DNA of 64,000 bases from Squalus acanthias (Eukaryota). The stretch's first letter is position 1, and every line of letters begins with the position of its first letter. Position numbers and translations under genes: made by a program. The notes beneath the pieces are model-generated. The model ran no database searches. It was not told the DNA's origin and worked only from the letters and a program-made list of their open reading frames with translations. Location: the NCBI GenBank assembly GCA_030390025.1, contig CM059428.1:36580001-36644000 (forward strand), given 5' to 3'. Positions 1-11,393 of this stretch are shown piece by piece.

Positions 1-27
1 TCAGTTATCCAAGGCCATTAGTCTCAT

Positions 28-1727
28 TAGGGCTGCCCACCTTCCTGGATTGTCCTGGAGTTTCCAGGAATTAAAAGTTTAATCTCCTGGACATTGCTGC
101 AAGCAAAACTGGGAGAAAAATCATAGGGGCAATAAAAAAAACATTGGGGGAAAAGTTGGTGATCACCAGCAAAGCAGTCGGTGTCACCGTCAACTGTCGT
201 TAATGGACGCCCGAAATGGCTGCAGCGCTAACCGACCTAAATTGGTGAGGGGACATGCCAACTGACCTAAATTGGTGAGTGTTAACCTTAGGTGCAACGC
301 CATCCTGGTGGTGTTGCACAAGGGATCTGGGACCAATTTGTTGTGCTGGTGCGATGTTGCTGCTTCCCCGAGCGTCTGTGTGCGAGGCTGTGAAGCTCGC
401 AATGCATTGTGGGCAGTGAGGATCTCTGAAATTTAAAGGGGCCATGCACATTGAAGCAAGACAAAATAAAATGCATTGATTCAATACATTTTTCAGCCCT
501 TTTTGTCTTTTTACAAATATTCAATATTTAAAAGAAGTTCCAAATGTGATTATTCAGCTCCTAAAGCTGAATTACCTTCCTAAACTGAACAAATGGGAAA
601 ACTGTCTCAGCACTAACACAAATGGCTCAGCAAGCCAGGGAAGGGGCACCCAGGGTCTCACACGCAGCACTCCAGCTCTATGCAGGGGGTCAACACTGCA
701 AGAGCGGCCCTCTACCCACAGGGTCCAGGAGGCCCTCCAGAAAGAACGATGTGGAAGTACATTACCTAGACCGTCACTGCCAAGCAGTGTCGCCCCCATC
801 ACCTGGCTCCAGTGCCCAAAGAAGCTTCATGACCTCAGACCACTGGTCAAGATCAGTGAATGCATCTTCAAAAGCCGTTTCCTACCAACTGCACCACTAG
901 CTTCACACACTGCTTAATGCAGGACCCCCAATTACTCACCTACCAACAATCTGCACCAATCACGAGGCACACCACACATTCCTAGCCTCACCTCACCCCC
1001 TTGGAGGAGATGGTGCAGGCCATTCTTGGCAGGGTCATGGCTGAGCCCTTGGCCAGCGGTAGAGCTGTAAGGATACAAGATGTGGGTATCCTCGTACGTT
1101 ACCCTCCTTCTGGCATGCACCTCTAGGTTTCCTGCCCTCCCATCAGCACAACTCTACTCTTGTGTCTTCCTCATTTCACACACCCAAGAAATGCAGCCTG
1201 CCTAGCCAGTGGGACCGCAGGCAGATGATTCCAACCCCGATATCCCGGCTACAAAGGGGCTGTCTGGGATGCATCCTTCCGTCTGATTCCTCCTCTTCTG
1301 CGTCTTCCTCTTCCCTCTGCAAGCAGATGCTGTAAATGTGAAATGACAGCATAAAATGCTGCAAATACTCAGTTGGTCAGGCAGCATGTCAACCTGAGAC
1401 GTCACCACACCGCCATTTTTTTTACAGGGCGCTGCTGGGCCCCACGAATATGGCGGACACCGCGGACACCGCGGGGACCGCCTCCAGCTGGCGCAAGAGC
1501 GGCGGCCGGCATTTTTTCGAGAATCGTTGATGCGAACAGGTGGCGGTAAGTATATGAATTTCTCGCCCATTGAATTTTACTCATTCTCCTTTGAACTCTT
1601 TTGTTTATCAGTTATAAAAATTTTGGAGATGGGAAAAAATTGCTGTTTGACTGGTCGGGACTGTTTGAAGTGGGAGAAGATGTGATGAAACCTCCAGGAA
1701 CATGTCCAACCAGAGTTGGCAACACTA
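28..1727 (+). mobile_element. hAT-type MITE family A (TIR TAGGGTTGCCAAC), interrupted by a Harbinger-derived element at 146-1568
   Basis: Ends TAGGGCTGCCCAC / GTTGGCAACACTA; flanks AGTCTCAT / ACTCTCAT (7/8 TSD); both halves match the uninterrupted copy at 20326-20658. Confidence 0.8.
146..1568 (+). mobile_element. Decayed non-autonomous PIF/Harbinger element with Myb/SANT gene remnant
   Basis: GGGGGAAAAGTT ... AATTTCTCGCCC termini, ATT TSD; MAQQAREGAPRVSHAALQ at 622 resembles the N-termini of the other Myb/SANT ORFs here (MERVRERAQCFSERALE, MAEQQQRERAIRFSDAALE). Confidence 0.7.
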
Positions 1728-2562
1728 ACTCTCATGGAAACATCACTGTAACCGTTTGTCTCTTGGAAGAGCTTCTTGCAGTGCTAGTGTCCTGTCTACT
1801 ATAGGTAAATAAACTGTGCTTCTCACAACCATGGGAAACTAGCAGGAGAATGGATGGGAAATTGTACATGTTTTGGCTGACCTTTGGGCTTCAAGGGACA
1901 AGAGAATCTTAAGTGAATGTAGACGTAGATCAGTGCCATGAACATACAATGGAGCTCAGACATCGAGTCCAGTTACAGCCAAAGGGAGGAAAGGAGGGAG
2001 AAACAATGTTATACCCCACTTGTGTTGATCTACTCCCAGTCAAAGCAGCTCTGCAATACATCATAGTGCCTGGGACCCGTTTACATTGCAGGATGATCTC
2101 AGACGGCTGGATGATCTCAGATCGGCCTGGATTTTAGCCCGGAGGCGAGTTCCGAGTGCGGGGGCGGGGGGTGTTGATTTGAGGTCGGGAAACCTGGAAG
2201 AACGGGTTTCCCGAATGTACTGCTGTTTTTAACTGCAGGGCTCATTTAGATTATTTTCTGTAGGTTTTCTGCCCACAGGCAGCCTGATTAATGCCTGTCA
2301 GGCGGGAAGCCTGCAGCACAGGGTCGCAGCCAAGGAGAGTAGGTAGGCCCAGTGCGGTGGGGGGTGGGGTTACAGATCACGGGGGGAGGCCCAATTGCGG
2401 GGGGGGGGGGGGGTGGTGGGTGGTGGGTGGGGGGTGATCCTGATTGCGGTGGGCTCCCAATCATGGGGGGGTTCCGATCACGGGGGTGGGGCCCAATCAC
2501 GGGGGGAGGGTGGGTACTGATCGCAGGGTGGGACCCGATCACAGGGATGGGGTCCATTGTTA

Positions 2563-3377
2563 GTCAGGGGGAGCAGATGGTGGTCAGGGGGAACAGATGG
2601 TGGTCAGGGGGAGCAGATGGTGGTCAGGGGGAACAGATGGTGGTCAGGGGGAACAGATGGTGGTCAGGATGAACAGATGGTGGTCAGGGGGAGCAGATGG
2701 TGGTCAGGGGGAGCAGATGGTGGTCAGGGGGAGCAGATGGTGGTCAGGGGGAGCAGATGGTGGTCAGGGGGAGCAGATGGTGGTCAGGGGGAACAGATGG
2801 TGGTCAGGGGGAACAGATGGTGGTCAGGGGGAACAGGTGGTGGTCAGGGAGAACAGATGGTGGTCAGGGGGAACAGATGGTGGTCAGGATGAACAGATGG
2901 TGGTCAGGGGGAACAGATGGTGGTCAGGATGAACAGATGGTGGTCAGGGGGAACAGATGGTGGTCAGGGGGAACAGATGGTGGTCAGGGGGAACAGATGG
3001 TGGTCAGGGGGAACAGATGGTGGTCAGGATGAACAGATGGTGGTCAGGGGGAACAGATGGTGGTCAGGGGGAGCAGATGGTGGTCAGGGGGAACAGATGG
3101 TGGTCAGGGGGAGCAGATGGTGGTCAGGGGGAACAGATGGTGGTCAGGGGGAGCAGATGGTGATCAGGGGGAACAGATGGTGGTCAGGATGAACAGATGG
3201 TGGTCAGGGGGAACAGATGGTGGTCAGGATGAACAGATGGTGGTCAGGGGGAGCAGATGGTGGTCGGGGGAGCAGATGGTGGTCAGGGGGAGCAGATGGT
3301 GGTCAGGGGGAGCAGATGGTGGTCAGGGGGAGCAGATGGTGGTCAGGGGGAGCAGATGGTGGTCAGGGGGAGCAGAT
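2563..3377. repeat. 20-bp minisatellite (GGTGGTCAGGGGGARCAGAT)n, about 40 copies
   Basis: Directly visible 20-nt periodicity with few variants (GAAC/GAGC, GGAT). Confidence 0.97.
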
Positions 3378-3464
3378 AGCGGTTGGGGGATTGGTCTTGA
3401 TCGCGGGGGGCTTGGTCCCAATTGCAGGTGAGGGGCCCGATCATGGGGGGGGCCGATCATGGGT

Positions 3465-3670
3465 GGTACCGATCGCAGGGGGCCCGATCGCGGGGGGGGG
3501 AGTACCGATCGCAGGGGGCCTGATCGCGGGGGGGGAGTACCGATCGCAGGGGGCCTGATCGCGGGGGGGAGTACCGATCGCAGGGGGCCTGATCGCGGGG
3601 GGGGGAGTACCGATCGCAGGGGGCCTGATCGCGGGGGGGAGTACCGATTGCAGGGTGGGTCCTGATCGCG
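3465..3670. repeat. ~32-34-bp tandem repeat (GTACCGATCGCAGGGGGCCTGATCGCGGGGGG(G)A)n, about 6 copies
   Basis: Directly visible tandem units. Confidence 0.9.
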
Positions 3671-4854
3671 GTGGGGGCAGACCTGATCGCGGAGGCGGGG
3701 GGGGGGGGGGGGGCTCCCGATCGTGGGGGATCCCGAACGCAGGGCGGTTTCCAATCGCGGGTGGCGATCCCGATCACAGGGGTGGGGTTTGACGGTGGTC
3801 GGCGGCGCAGATGGTGGACGGTGTGTCCAATGGTGGTCGGGGGTTCCAATGGTGGTCAGCGGGGTCTGATGGTGGTCAGGGGGGGTGTCCGATGGTGGTC
3901 AGCGGAGCAGATGGTGGACGGGGGGTCTGATGGTGGTCAGGGGGTCTGATGGTGGTCAGGGGGGCAGATGATGGTCAGTGGGGGTGGGTCCGATGGTGGT
4001 CGGGGGGTGTTCGATGGTGGTCAGGGGGGTCCAATGGTAGTTAGTGGAGCAGAGGGTAGTCGGGGTGGTCCGATGGTAGTCAGGAGGTCTGCTGGTGGTG
4101 GGGGGTGGTCCAATGGTAGCGGGGGGTGGCAGGGAGAGCAGACAGATCATGGGGGTGGGGTTTACTTGGTAGCTTGTTGGGCCTGGTGGAAACACTCCTG
4201 CTCCTCCTGGCCCACAAGCAGTGCTGTAAAGGCACTTACCTCATGGATTCAGCCCTTCTCGCCTCCTTTCACCTCCCAGGTTTCCTGAGGTCTGGGAAAC
4301 CTGTCCAATATGAGTTAAAAATAGAAAATGAAGGCAGACGGCCTCATAATAATATTTAAATGAACAACTCACCTCCCGGGGGCAGATTGGTCACTCGGCC
4401 TTTGTCCCGCCTCCATTAAAACTGGAAGTGGGCTAGTTCGAGGCGCTTTGGGTTCCTGTTCCAGATTTTTTGAATTTTAACCTCTGACATGACCCCAACC
4501 CACCCATTTTTGGGAGTTAAGATTTAGTCCATCAATTCTACAGACAAGCAATGTGAGCTCAGCCCAGCGACAGTTAAAACAAAAAGGTCACCACGGTGGC
4601 AAGTAGTGCTTTACCCCACTGAGAGACAGAACAGACCGACTTCACGAGGTGGTGCTCCTCCCACAGGGAGGCACAAAGGCCGATTCATTTATATCACAAT
4701 ACTGTCTCCAGATGTAACACTGCAATATAAGTAGGGTATCAGTCGGGATTTGAATGTATGATAGATTGTGATACTCTCAAAAGTTTAATAATAATAGACC
4801 GGGTATCTATTTAAATTGATTTTCATGAGAACCTTAGCTTACCTAAGGTTCAAT

Positions 4855-5275
4855 GTCAGCCTTGGCTCAGTGGCAGCACTGTCGCCTCTGAGTCAAAGGT
4901 CATGGGTTCAAGTCCCACTCCAGAGACTTGAGCACAAAATTTCAGCTGACACTCCGGTGCAGTATTGAGGGAGTGCTGCACTGTCGGAGGTGCTGTCTTT
5001 CAGATGAGACGTTAAACCAAGCCTTCTCAGATGGACGTAAAAGATCCCATGACACTATTTCAAAGAAGAGCAAGGGAGTCCTGGTCAATACGTATCGCTC
5101 AATGAACATCATTAAAACAGATTATCTGGTCATTATCACATTGCTGTTTGTGGGACCTTGCTGAGTGCAAATTGGCTGCCGTGTTCCCTATATTACAACA
5201 GTGACTACACTTCAACAGTACTTAATTGGCTGTAAAGTGCTTTGGGACGTCTTGAGGTCATTTAAAGGCTCTAAA
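4855..5275 (+). mobile_element. tRNA-derived Deu-domain SINE (SacSINE1/AmnSINE1-like) with L2-type 3' tail
   Basis: A box TGGCTCAGTGG, B box GGTTCAAGTCC, central GATGAGACGTTAAACC...AAAAGATCCCATG; more than 10 copies in window. Confidence 0.8.
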
Positions 5276-6592
5276 TACTTGACTTGACCAAACTTTGTCA
5301 AAGTAGTGATAGGGATGGGCCGAACCCCAAACCTAATCTGAAAAGGGCCTCTTCTAACTCTCTTTAGCGCTATAAATGTGTAAATTTAGTATACATGGAT
5401 TTCCAATTTATTTACAGAGTGGTTAACAACCATAGGCCCTGGAGCCACTGAGTTTATAACCGAATCTTGTCTTCAACCACAAAGTAGCTCTCTGACTTAA
5501 AGCTGATTGTAGCACAAAATGATGGCAGAAAGATTGTTTCTCCCCGCACCTCGCCAAGGCAGCTTGCTCTGTTGAATCGCACCCCTCCTGTAGCGGCACA
5601 GACTCCCTGGCTTCCATGTTTTGACTCGTTGCTTATTCTTCTTCAAACTTGCAGACACACATGGATCAGTTTCCTTCAGAAGCTATCTCTTCAGGATTTG
5701 GTGCCTTACCTTCAGGAAATGCGGTCATAAGATTTGAAGGGAGTCAGCGGAAGGGAAGATACCGAAAAGGAAAAGGTCAAGGCATGTTTTGCCTCTACCC
5801 AACCACTCAGATGAAACATAGAACTGCGACTGGGATATCGAAGAGATGAGCTGAACAAGACATATGGGACAATACTGAAGATCCCTGTAGAAATAGGTAA
5901 GAGCTTCTTCCAGAAAAAGGTTGTTGGCAAACTAAAACTCACTGTGAATATTACCTACAGTTTTATTAAATGGTGTAACAAATGTAAAAGGCCAATGGGG
6001 TGAAGGAGATTGAAGGAAAGGCTTTTCAGATTTGAGTCTATGATTTCACTTGCATGCCATATAAACCATACTGACACGAGTACATAGAGTCATGGGGGAA
6101 AAATTCAGTTGGTTTGCGCCTCCCGTTAGCGCCTTAAGAGGGCGCTAATGGGGCGCAAAGCAACTAGCGCCCGGGCGCGGCGATATCTGCGCCGCTCGAG
6201 AAATTGACCAGACATTTTGCGGCGGCGCTAAACAATACCACCCCGATCTCCTGCGCACACAGATCTTGACGTCATTCAAGCGAGCGTGCAATGCCCTTGT
6301 GGCGCCCTGGACCGGATATTGAGTGGAGCCTGGCGAAAGCAACAACAGGTAGACTGGAACGTTTCCCAGTCGCTGTGGGGCTGGGGGGGCACTATTTAAA
6401 CGTGGCCTCTTCCTGGCTTTTTCTGTGGTAGACATTTTTGCACCATTCGTTCTGACAGAGAGAGAGATTCTGATAGAGAGAAGGAGAGACTTCTGCATAG
6501 AGTCAACGCTGTGTGAAGTAGTTTTGGCTACTGAGCATCACTTTGCAGGTACTTTTGTTTTTGACCTTCATTACTTTGATTGCCAAGAGACT

Positions 6593-7747
6593 CTGGGGGC
6601 TGCACTGGTTGGGGGCGTCGTCCTGCGCCTGCAGATTCGGAGGCCACAGAGACGCAGAGAGAGAGTGGCAATCATGGCCAGATGGAGGAGGGCCAACAGG
6701 CCTCTGTACAGGAGACCTTACCCTCCCAGGGTATTTCACCAACAATTCTCCTACATTAATATGTCTGAGGAGCAGCGTTTGCGAAGGCTGCGCTTCAGCA
6801 AAGAGGCGGTCACTGAGCTCTGCCACCTGCTGCAGCCAGATCTGCAGCCTTTACTGAGGACCAGGACATCTCTGTCGGTGGCAGTGAAGATCACAGTGGC
6901 TCTGAACTTTTATGCCACCGGCTCCTTTCAAGCAGCTACTGGGGACATCGCCAATATCTCCCAGTTCGCGGTCCATTGCTGTATCCGTCAGGTCACAAAT
7001 GCCCTCTATAAAAGGAGACGACAGTACATCTCTTTCCCGATGACCCGGGCCAAACAGCATGAACGCGCATTGGACTTTGCGAGGGTAGCGGGCTTCCCCA
7101 TGGTGCAGGGTGCCATTGACTGCACGCATGTGGCATTGTGTGCACCGTATGAGAATGCCGAGGATTTCCGCAACCGAAAGGGATTCCACTCCTTAAACGT
7201 CCAGTTGGTCTGTGACCACAGACAGCTGATACTCGCTGTCAATGCCCGCTATCCTGGCAGCAGCCACGATGCATTCATCCTGCGCCAGACTGGTGTGGCA
7301 GAACTTTTCCAGGCACCGCATCACCCAAGTGGTTGGCTTCTCGGGGACAAGGGTTATCCACTGTGCACCTGGCTGATGACACCTCTCCGTACCCCCAACA
7401 CCCCTGCTGAGCTGCGGTACAATGAGAGCCATCTCGCCACCAGGAACATCGTTGAGCACACAATCGGCGTGCTCAAGCAACGGTTCCGCTGTCTGGAACA
7501 CTCAGGAGGAGCCCTGCTGTACTCGCCTGAGCGATTCTCCCTCTTCATAGTTGTGTGCTGCATGCTGCATAACCTGGCAATCCTCAGGACCCAGCCAATG
7601 CCACCAGGCCTTGGAGCACCACCGGAGGAGGAAGAGGAGGAGGAAGAGGAGGAGGATGATCATCAGCAGCACCAAGGCGGGAGGGGGGCCCACAATGTTG
7701 AAACTGGAAGGGCCGTCCGTCAACGGCTGATAGCAAGCCGCTTCTAG
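6593..7747 (+). CDS. PIF/Harbinger DDE transposase (HARBI1-like), uninterrupted ORF
   Basis: Motifs [76 protein letters not shown]; acidic C-tail. Start uncertain: CTG at 6593 aligns with the ATG of the 54335 copy; first in-frame ATG is 6674. Confidence 0.92.
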   Translation: MGAALVGGVVLRLQIRRPQRRRERVAIMARWRRANRPLYRRPYPPRVFHQQFSYINMSEEQRLRRLRFSKEAVTELCHLLQPDLQPLLRTRTSLSVAVKITVALNFYATGSFQAATGDIANISQFAVHCCIRQVTNALYKRRRQYISFPMTRAKQHERALDFARVAGFPMVQGAIDCTHVALCAPYENAEDFRNRKGFHSLNVQLVCDHRQLILAVNARYPGSSHDAFILRQTGVAELFQAPHHPSGWLLGDKGYPLCTWLMTPLRTPNTPAELRYNESHLATRNIVEHTIGVLKQRFRCLEHSGGALLYSPERFSLFIVVCCMLHNLAILRTQPMPPGLGAPPEEEEEEEEEEDDHQQHQGGRGAHNVETGRAVRQRLIASRF

Positions 7748-8073
7748 GCCCCTGCTGAGGAAATGGCTTCTGCCATTGAGAACAACATGAATGAAACTAA
7801 CCTGCAACCCCTAAGCCGGCCAAGGCAGCAATGATTCCAAAGACCAAACATGTACATTTTGAATACAAAAACTTATTTATTTTACAAACTCTGTGTGTGT
7901 CATTTCTTCATGAGAAACTAATAGAAAGAAACACAAAAAAACTGTCATTAACATAACTGGTTCTCACAACCTGGAGATAATGTCCAAAGCACTAAACAAA
8001 AGTTTGAACACGAACCTCGGCCTTTAATAAAAAATTGACCAACATTTTGTCACACCTCCTACTTTTTGCCCTT

Positions 8074-9817
8074 CTAGGGTGATCTCCTTTCCTTGTGCAC
8101 TTCCCCCCTTCCCACCCTACTGCTCCTCCATAATGGGGCCCCAGTGGCTGCAGCAAAGCTGCTGGAAGGCTGCTGATTGTCAGAACCTGAGACTGCAGAT
8201 GCCCTTGAAGGACGACCTCGACCAGCTCTGGGCCTGGAGGGCCCGGCTGCAGACTGCACCAACTCTGCATGGGCGGCAGCAGTCTGGCCTACAGGCGGTG
8301 GCAAGTGCAATGGGGAAGTGACAGTGGTGGCAGCAGGAATGCTGTCATCTTGAGAGAGGACAGCAACTCCCTGCTCGACCAACACACTGTCACTCCCACG
8401 TGGCAGCACTTCAGCATCCGGAGCAATCTGCTGGAGCACAGATTGCCGGCCTGCTGCGGCGCGGTGAGAGCCCCAGGGAAATGTGTCCAAACCAGCGACA
8501 ATAGCAGCAGTCAGTGTTTGCGTGACCTCAATCTGAGTCTGCATGAGAGCAGTCTGAGATTGGATCACAGCAGCCAGTGACTGAATTGCAGCACTAAGCT
8601 TTAGCATGGCATCCGCCTGTGCTACAGCGAAGTGCTCCACACTCCTTGCCAGTGATTCAATGCATTCGGGCACCCTTCCCACTGCACTCATGAGCTCAGT
8701 GTGCATGTCCACCGCCTGAGTGTTCATTTCAGCGATGAGCCGCTCCTCCTCTGTGTCCAGTGCAGCAGGACTCGCTGGCCTACTCTCCCTCCGGGGAGAA
8801 GGCCCCCAAGCTTCCCTACCCCCATTGCATTGCTGCAGCCCGCTGGGTCCTGGAGCTTCACCCTCATCAGACCCTTCCCCCCTTCTCCCCTCCAGGGAAG
8901 GCGTGTTCCCAGTGTGGGCATGGGCTTCCTCGGGAGAGGGTGGCGCTGATGCTCCGGCTTCATCTTCCTCCTCGCCTGCAGCTTCACTCCCACTGGCAGC
9001 TTGAGGGCCCGTCTCCTCAGCTGGTGAATCACCATCTGAAAGCAGGGAGGTACAAGAGTGGCTTTAGCGTGAGGACAGGGGGGCAGTAAGGGCGGAATGA
9101 GTGCAGCGATTTAGTAAGTTGGATTGAAAGTGTCAAAGGCTGGTGTTGTGAGGGACAAGTGGAAGGAGAGAGGAGAAAAAGGTGATGACCTTATCATTGC
9201 TGTCCAGAACGGGGTCGGCCTCTCCAGGGGCGACGGGACCGATCACCTGGCTTGCCACAATCCTGTGGACACGCGCCTCAAGATCGCTGAGGGGTTGCAG
9301 CTGAGGCCGCCCTCCACCCGTCCGTTGCTGCTGTCTCCTATCATGAGATAGCTTGGCCTGCAAGAAAAAGGACGGCGTGTGAGTAAATATACAGCCATGG
9401 TCTTGCCTGATGTGCCTCCCATAGGTGAATAGCCCTTACTGTATGCAAAGTGTGGAATGTGCATGTGTGTTTCATGAGAGGGCCATAGGTGTTGGATGAG
9501 TGTTGGGCATTGGGGTTTTAAGACCCTCTGGCCATAGAGTGAGGTTGAGATGGAGGGCTGGAGAGGTATTGAAAAAAAGCCACTCACCCTGACGACCCGA
9601 GTGAGGTCGTTGAACTTTTTTCGACATTGAGTATGGGTCCTGGGCACCATGCTCCTGGAGGAGACGCTCTGAGCCACCTCCCTCCACACTCTTCTGTACT
9701 CGCGCGGCAAAGGCCTCCTGAAGGGAAGAGTATAGATCTTCTGCGCTCCACCGCGCCAACCAGAGCCTCCAAGGCCCGCTCGCTGAAGCACTGAGCTCGT
9801 TCTCTCACCCTCTCCAT
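8074..9817 (-). pseudogene. Harbinger Myb/SANT-like DNA-binding protein gene, 3 exons (~9817-9588, 9357-~9190, 9035-8074)
   Basis: Exon 1 MERVRERAQCFSERALEALVGAVERRRSILFP / frameshift / RRVWREVAQSVSSRSMVPRTHTQCRKKFNDL then GTGAGT donor; exons 2 and 3 follow polypyrimidine-CAG acceptors; exon 3 is open to the stop at 8074. Confidence 0.8.
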
Positions 9818-10668
9818 AGTCCTTGGCTGGAAGATTTAGGCACTGGTCTCTCCAGGCCGAGATTCAAGGCTCCAATGTGCAGGGTGTGGCTGGAGAGCAA
9901 GATCGACCCTCCCCTTTAAGAACTGGCCGGCGCCAGTGTGTCTGTGTTCCCTCGCTAATTGACATCATCTGTGCTGCGCCCGCGCTCTGAGGTAGCGCCT
10001 CGCTCCTCGGCCTTTGCGCCTTAAGACAGGTGTGTAGCGCCTGATTTAGTGCTCCAATCACCTCCAGGGGCGATAAAAGCCAAGTTTGCAGTCGGAGGCG
10101 ATAATTAGCGCCAGGCGCTAAACTTTGCGCACGGCCGATAATGGCGCCCCAAACGGGGCGATACTGAATTTTTCCCCCATAGAGTCATAAGAGTTAACAT
10201 CGATCACACGTTTCCTGCAAATCCCATGGGAGATGTACGCCACTGACATTGCTGCTGTATCTGAGGAGCGAGACAAATCAATACTGCCTCCATCACCCAC
10301 ACATCTTATGCTGCTCTTAAATAGCGCTTCCACTTCTAAGGGAGCATATAACTGGCTCAATTTACAGCACACAGGTGCAGGGCTTGACACTGAGATTGCA
10401 CAATGCAAGTGAATGGTCAGCTTTTTTCTAACCCAGTGCACCTTGACTCCACCTGGCAATCAGGCCAGTTCAGACTCGAAAGATCCAGGTTTTCCCAGTC
10501 AGAAGTCCAGATGGATTCATTCTAAATATTGATGTCAGTCGTTCATCCGGTTTTGCACTTCCAGTCGCCATTTCTGTAATCAAGTCCACTAAATGTCTTG
10601 TGTGGGAGAGGATGATATACTAACTGAGCATTCTGTGTGTGGAGCTTTGGATGGACCATATTCATTAG

Positions 10669-11393
10669 AAAGAAAGAAAAGAAAAAGACTTGCATTTATA
10701 TAGCACCTTTCATGACCTCAGGATGTCCCAAAACGCTTCACAGCCAATGTAGTACTTTTGGAGTGTAGTCATTGTTGTAATGTAGGAAACATGGCAGCCA
10801 ATTTCTACACAGCAAGGTCCCACAAACAGCAAGGTGATCCTTCTTATAAGGAAAGACGATGGGGATTCCCTCTATAAGTACATGTGTTTTTAAAAAGTGG
10901 TTGTTCACATTCTTGTTATTGAAAATTAATAAGATCTCAGAGGGTATATCTTATTCACCTGACGAAGGAGCAGCCGCTCCGAAAGCTTGTGATTTCAAAT
11001 AAAACTGTTGGACTATAACCTGGTGTTGTGCGACTTCTCACTTTAATCATAAGACATAGCATTGCATTTTTATTTGCTCACAACAAGGTCCCACAAACAG
11101 CAATATGATAATGACCAGATTGTCTGTTTTAGTGTTGTTGACTGAGGGATAAATATTGGCCAGGACAGTGGGGAGAACTCCCCTGCTCTTCTTCAAATAG
11201 TGCCATATGAGAGCAGACAGGGCCTCAGATTAACATCGCATCTGAAAGGCGGCACCTCCGACAGTGCAGCACTCCCTCAGTGCACTGCATTGGAGTGTGA
11301 GCCTAGAATATGCGCTCAAGTCTCTTGGTGGAACTTGAACCCACAACCATCTGACTCAGAGGAGAAAATGCTAGCACTGAGCCACAGATGACA
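10669..11393 (-). mobile_element. Deu-domain SINE, split by an insertion at about 10840-11083
   Basis: Tail AAAGACTTGCATTTATATAGC at 10684; head at 11330-11393; CAAGGTCCCACAAACAGCAA occurs on both sides of the insert. Confidence 0.75.
10953..11044 (+). mobile_element. Penelope-like element terminal-repeat fragment with hammerhead-like motif
   Basis: TCAC-CTGACGA-A-GGAGC-AGCC-GCTCC-GAAA-GCTT-GTGA followed by AATAAA; same sequence in reverse at 50685-50775. Penelope assignment is by resemblance. Confidence 0.6.

Larger units (their letters stand above)
2124..4530. mobile_element. Non-autonomous PIF/Harbinger-like element with internal G-rich minisatellites
   Basis: Imperfect TIRs GGCCTGGATTTTAGC / GTTAAGATTTAGTCC, ATC on both flanks; no coding content. 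Confidence 0.6.
6094..10178 (+). mobile_element. Near-complete autonomous-type PIF/Harbinger transposon (4.1 kb)
   Basis: Perfect 16-bp TIR GGGGGAAAAATTCAGT / ACTGAATTTTTCCCCC; probable CAT TSD (ambiguous, site lies in a CATAGAGT repeat); convergent transposase and Myb/SANT genes. Confidence 0.93.

Noticed and set aside
2557-3431. Repetitive ORFs (MVVRGNRWWSGGTDGGQGEQ)n and CRISPR-like periodicity
   Set aside because: Translations of a 20-bp minisatellite; no unique spacers, no cas genes, eukaryotic context.
4857-4925. tRNA-like A and B boxes here and at other SINE heads
   Set aside because: They continue into SINE bodies, so they are not tRNA genes.
5655-5896. Exon-like segment with AG/GTAAG boundaries on both strands
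   Set aside because: Every frame tested contains a stop and no protein is recognisable.
6425-7747. Calling the ORF the domesticated host gene HARBI1
   Set aside because: It lies between TIRs with a Myb partner and has decayed paralogues in the window, so it is a transposon gene.
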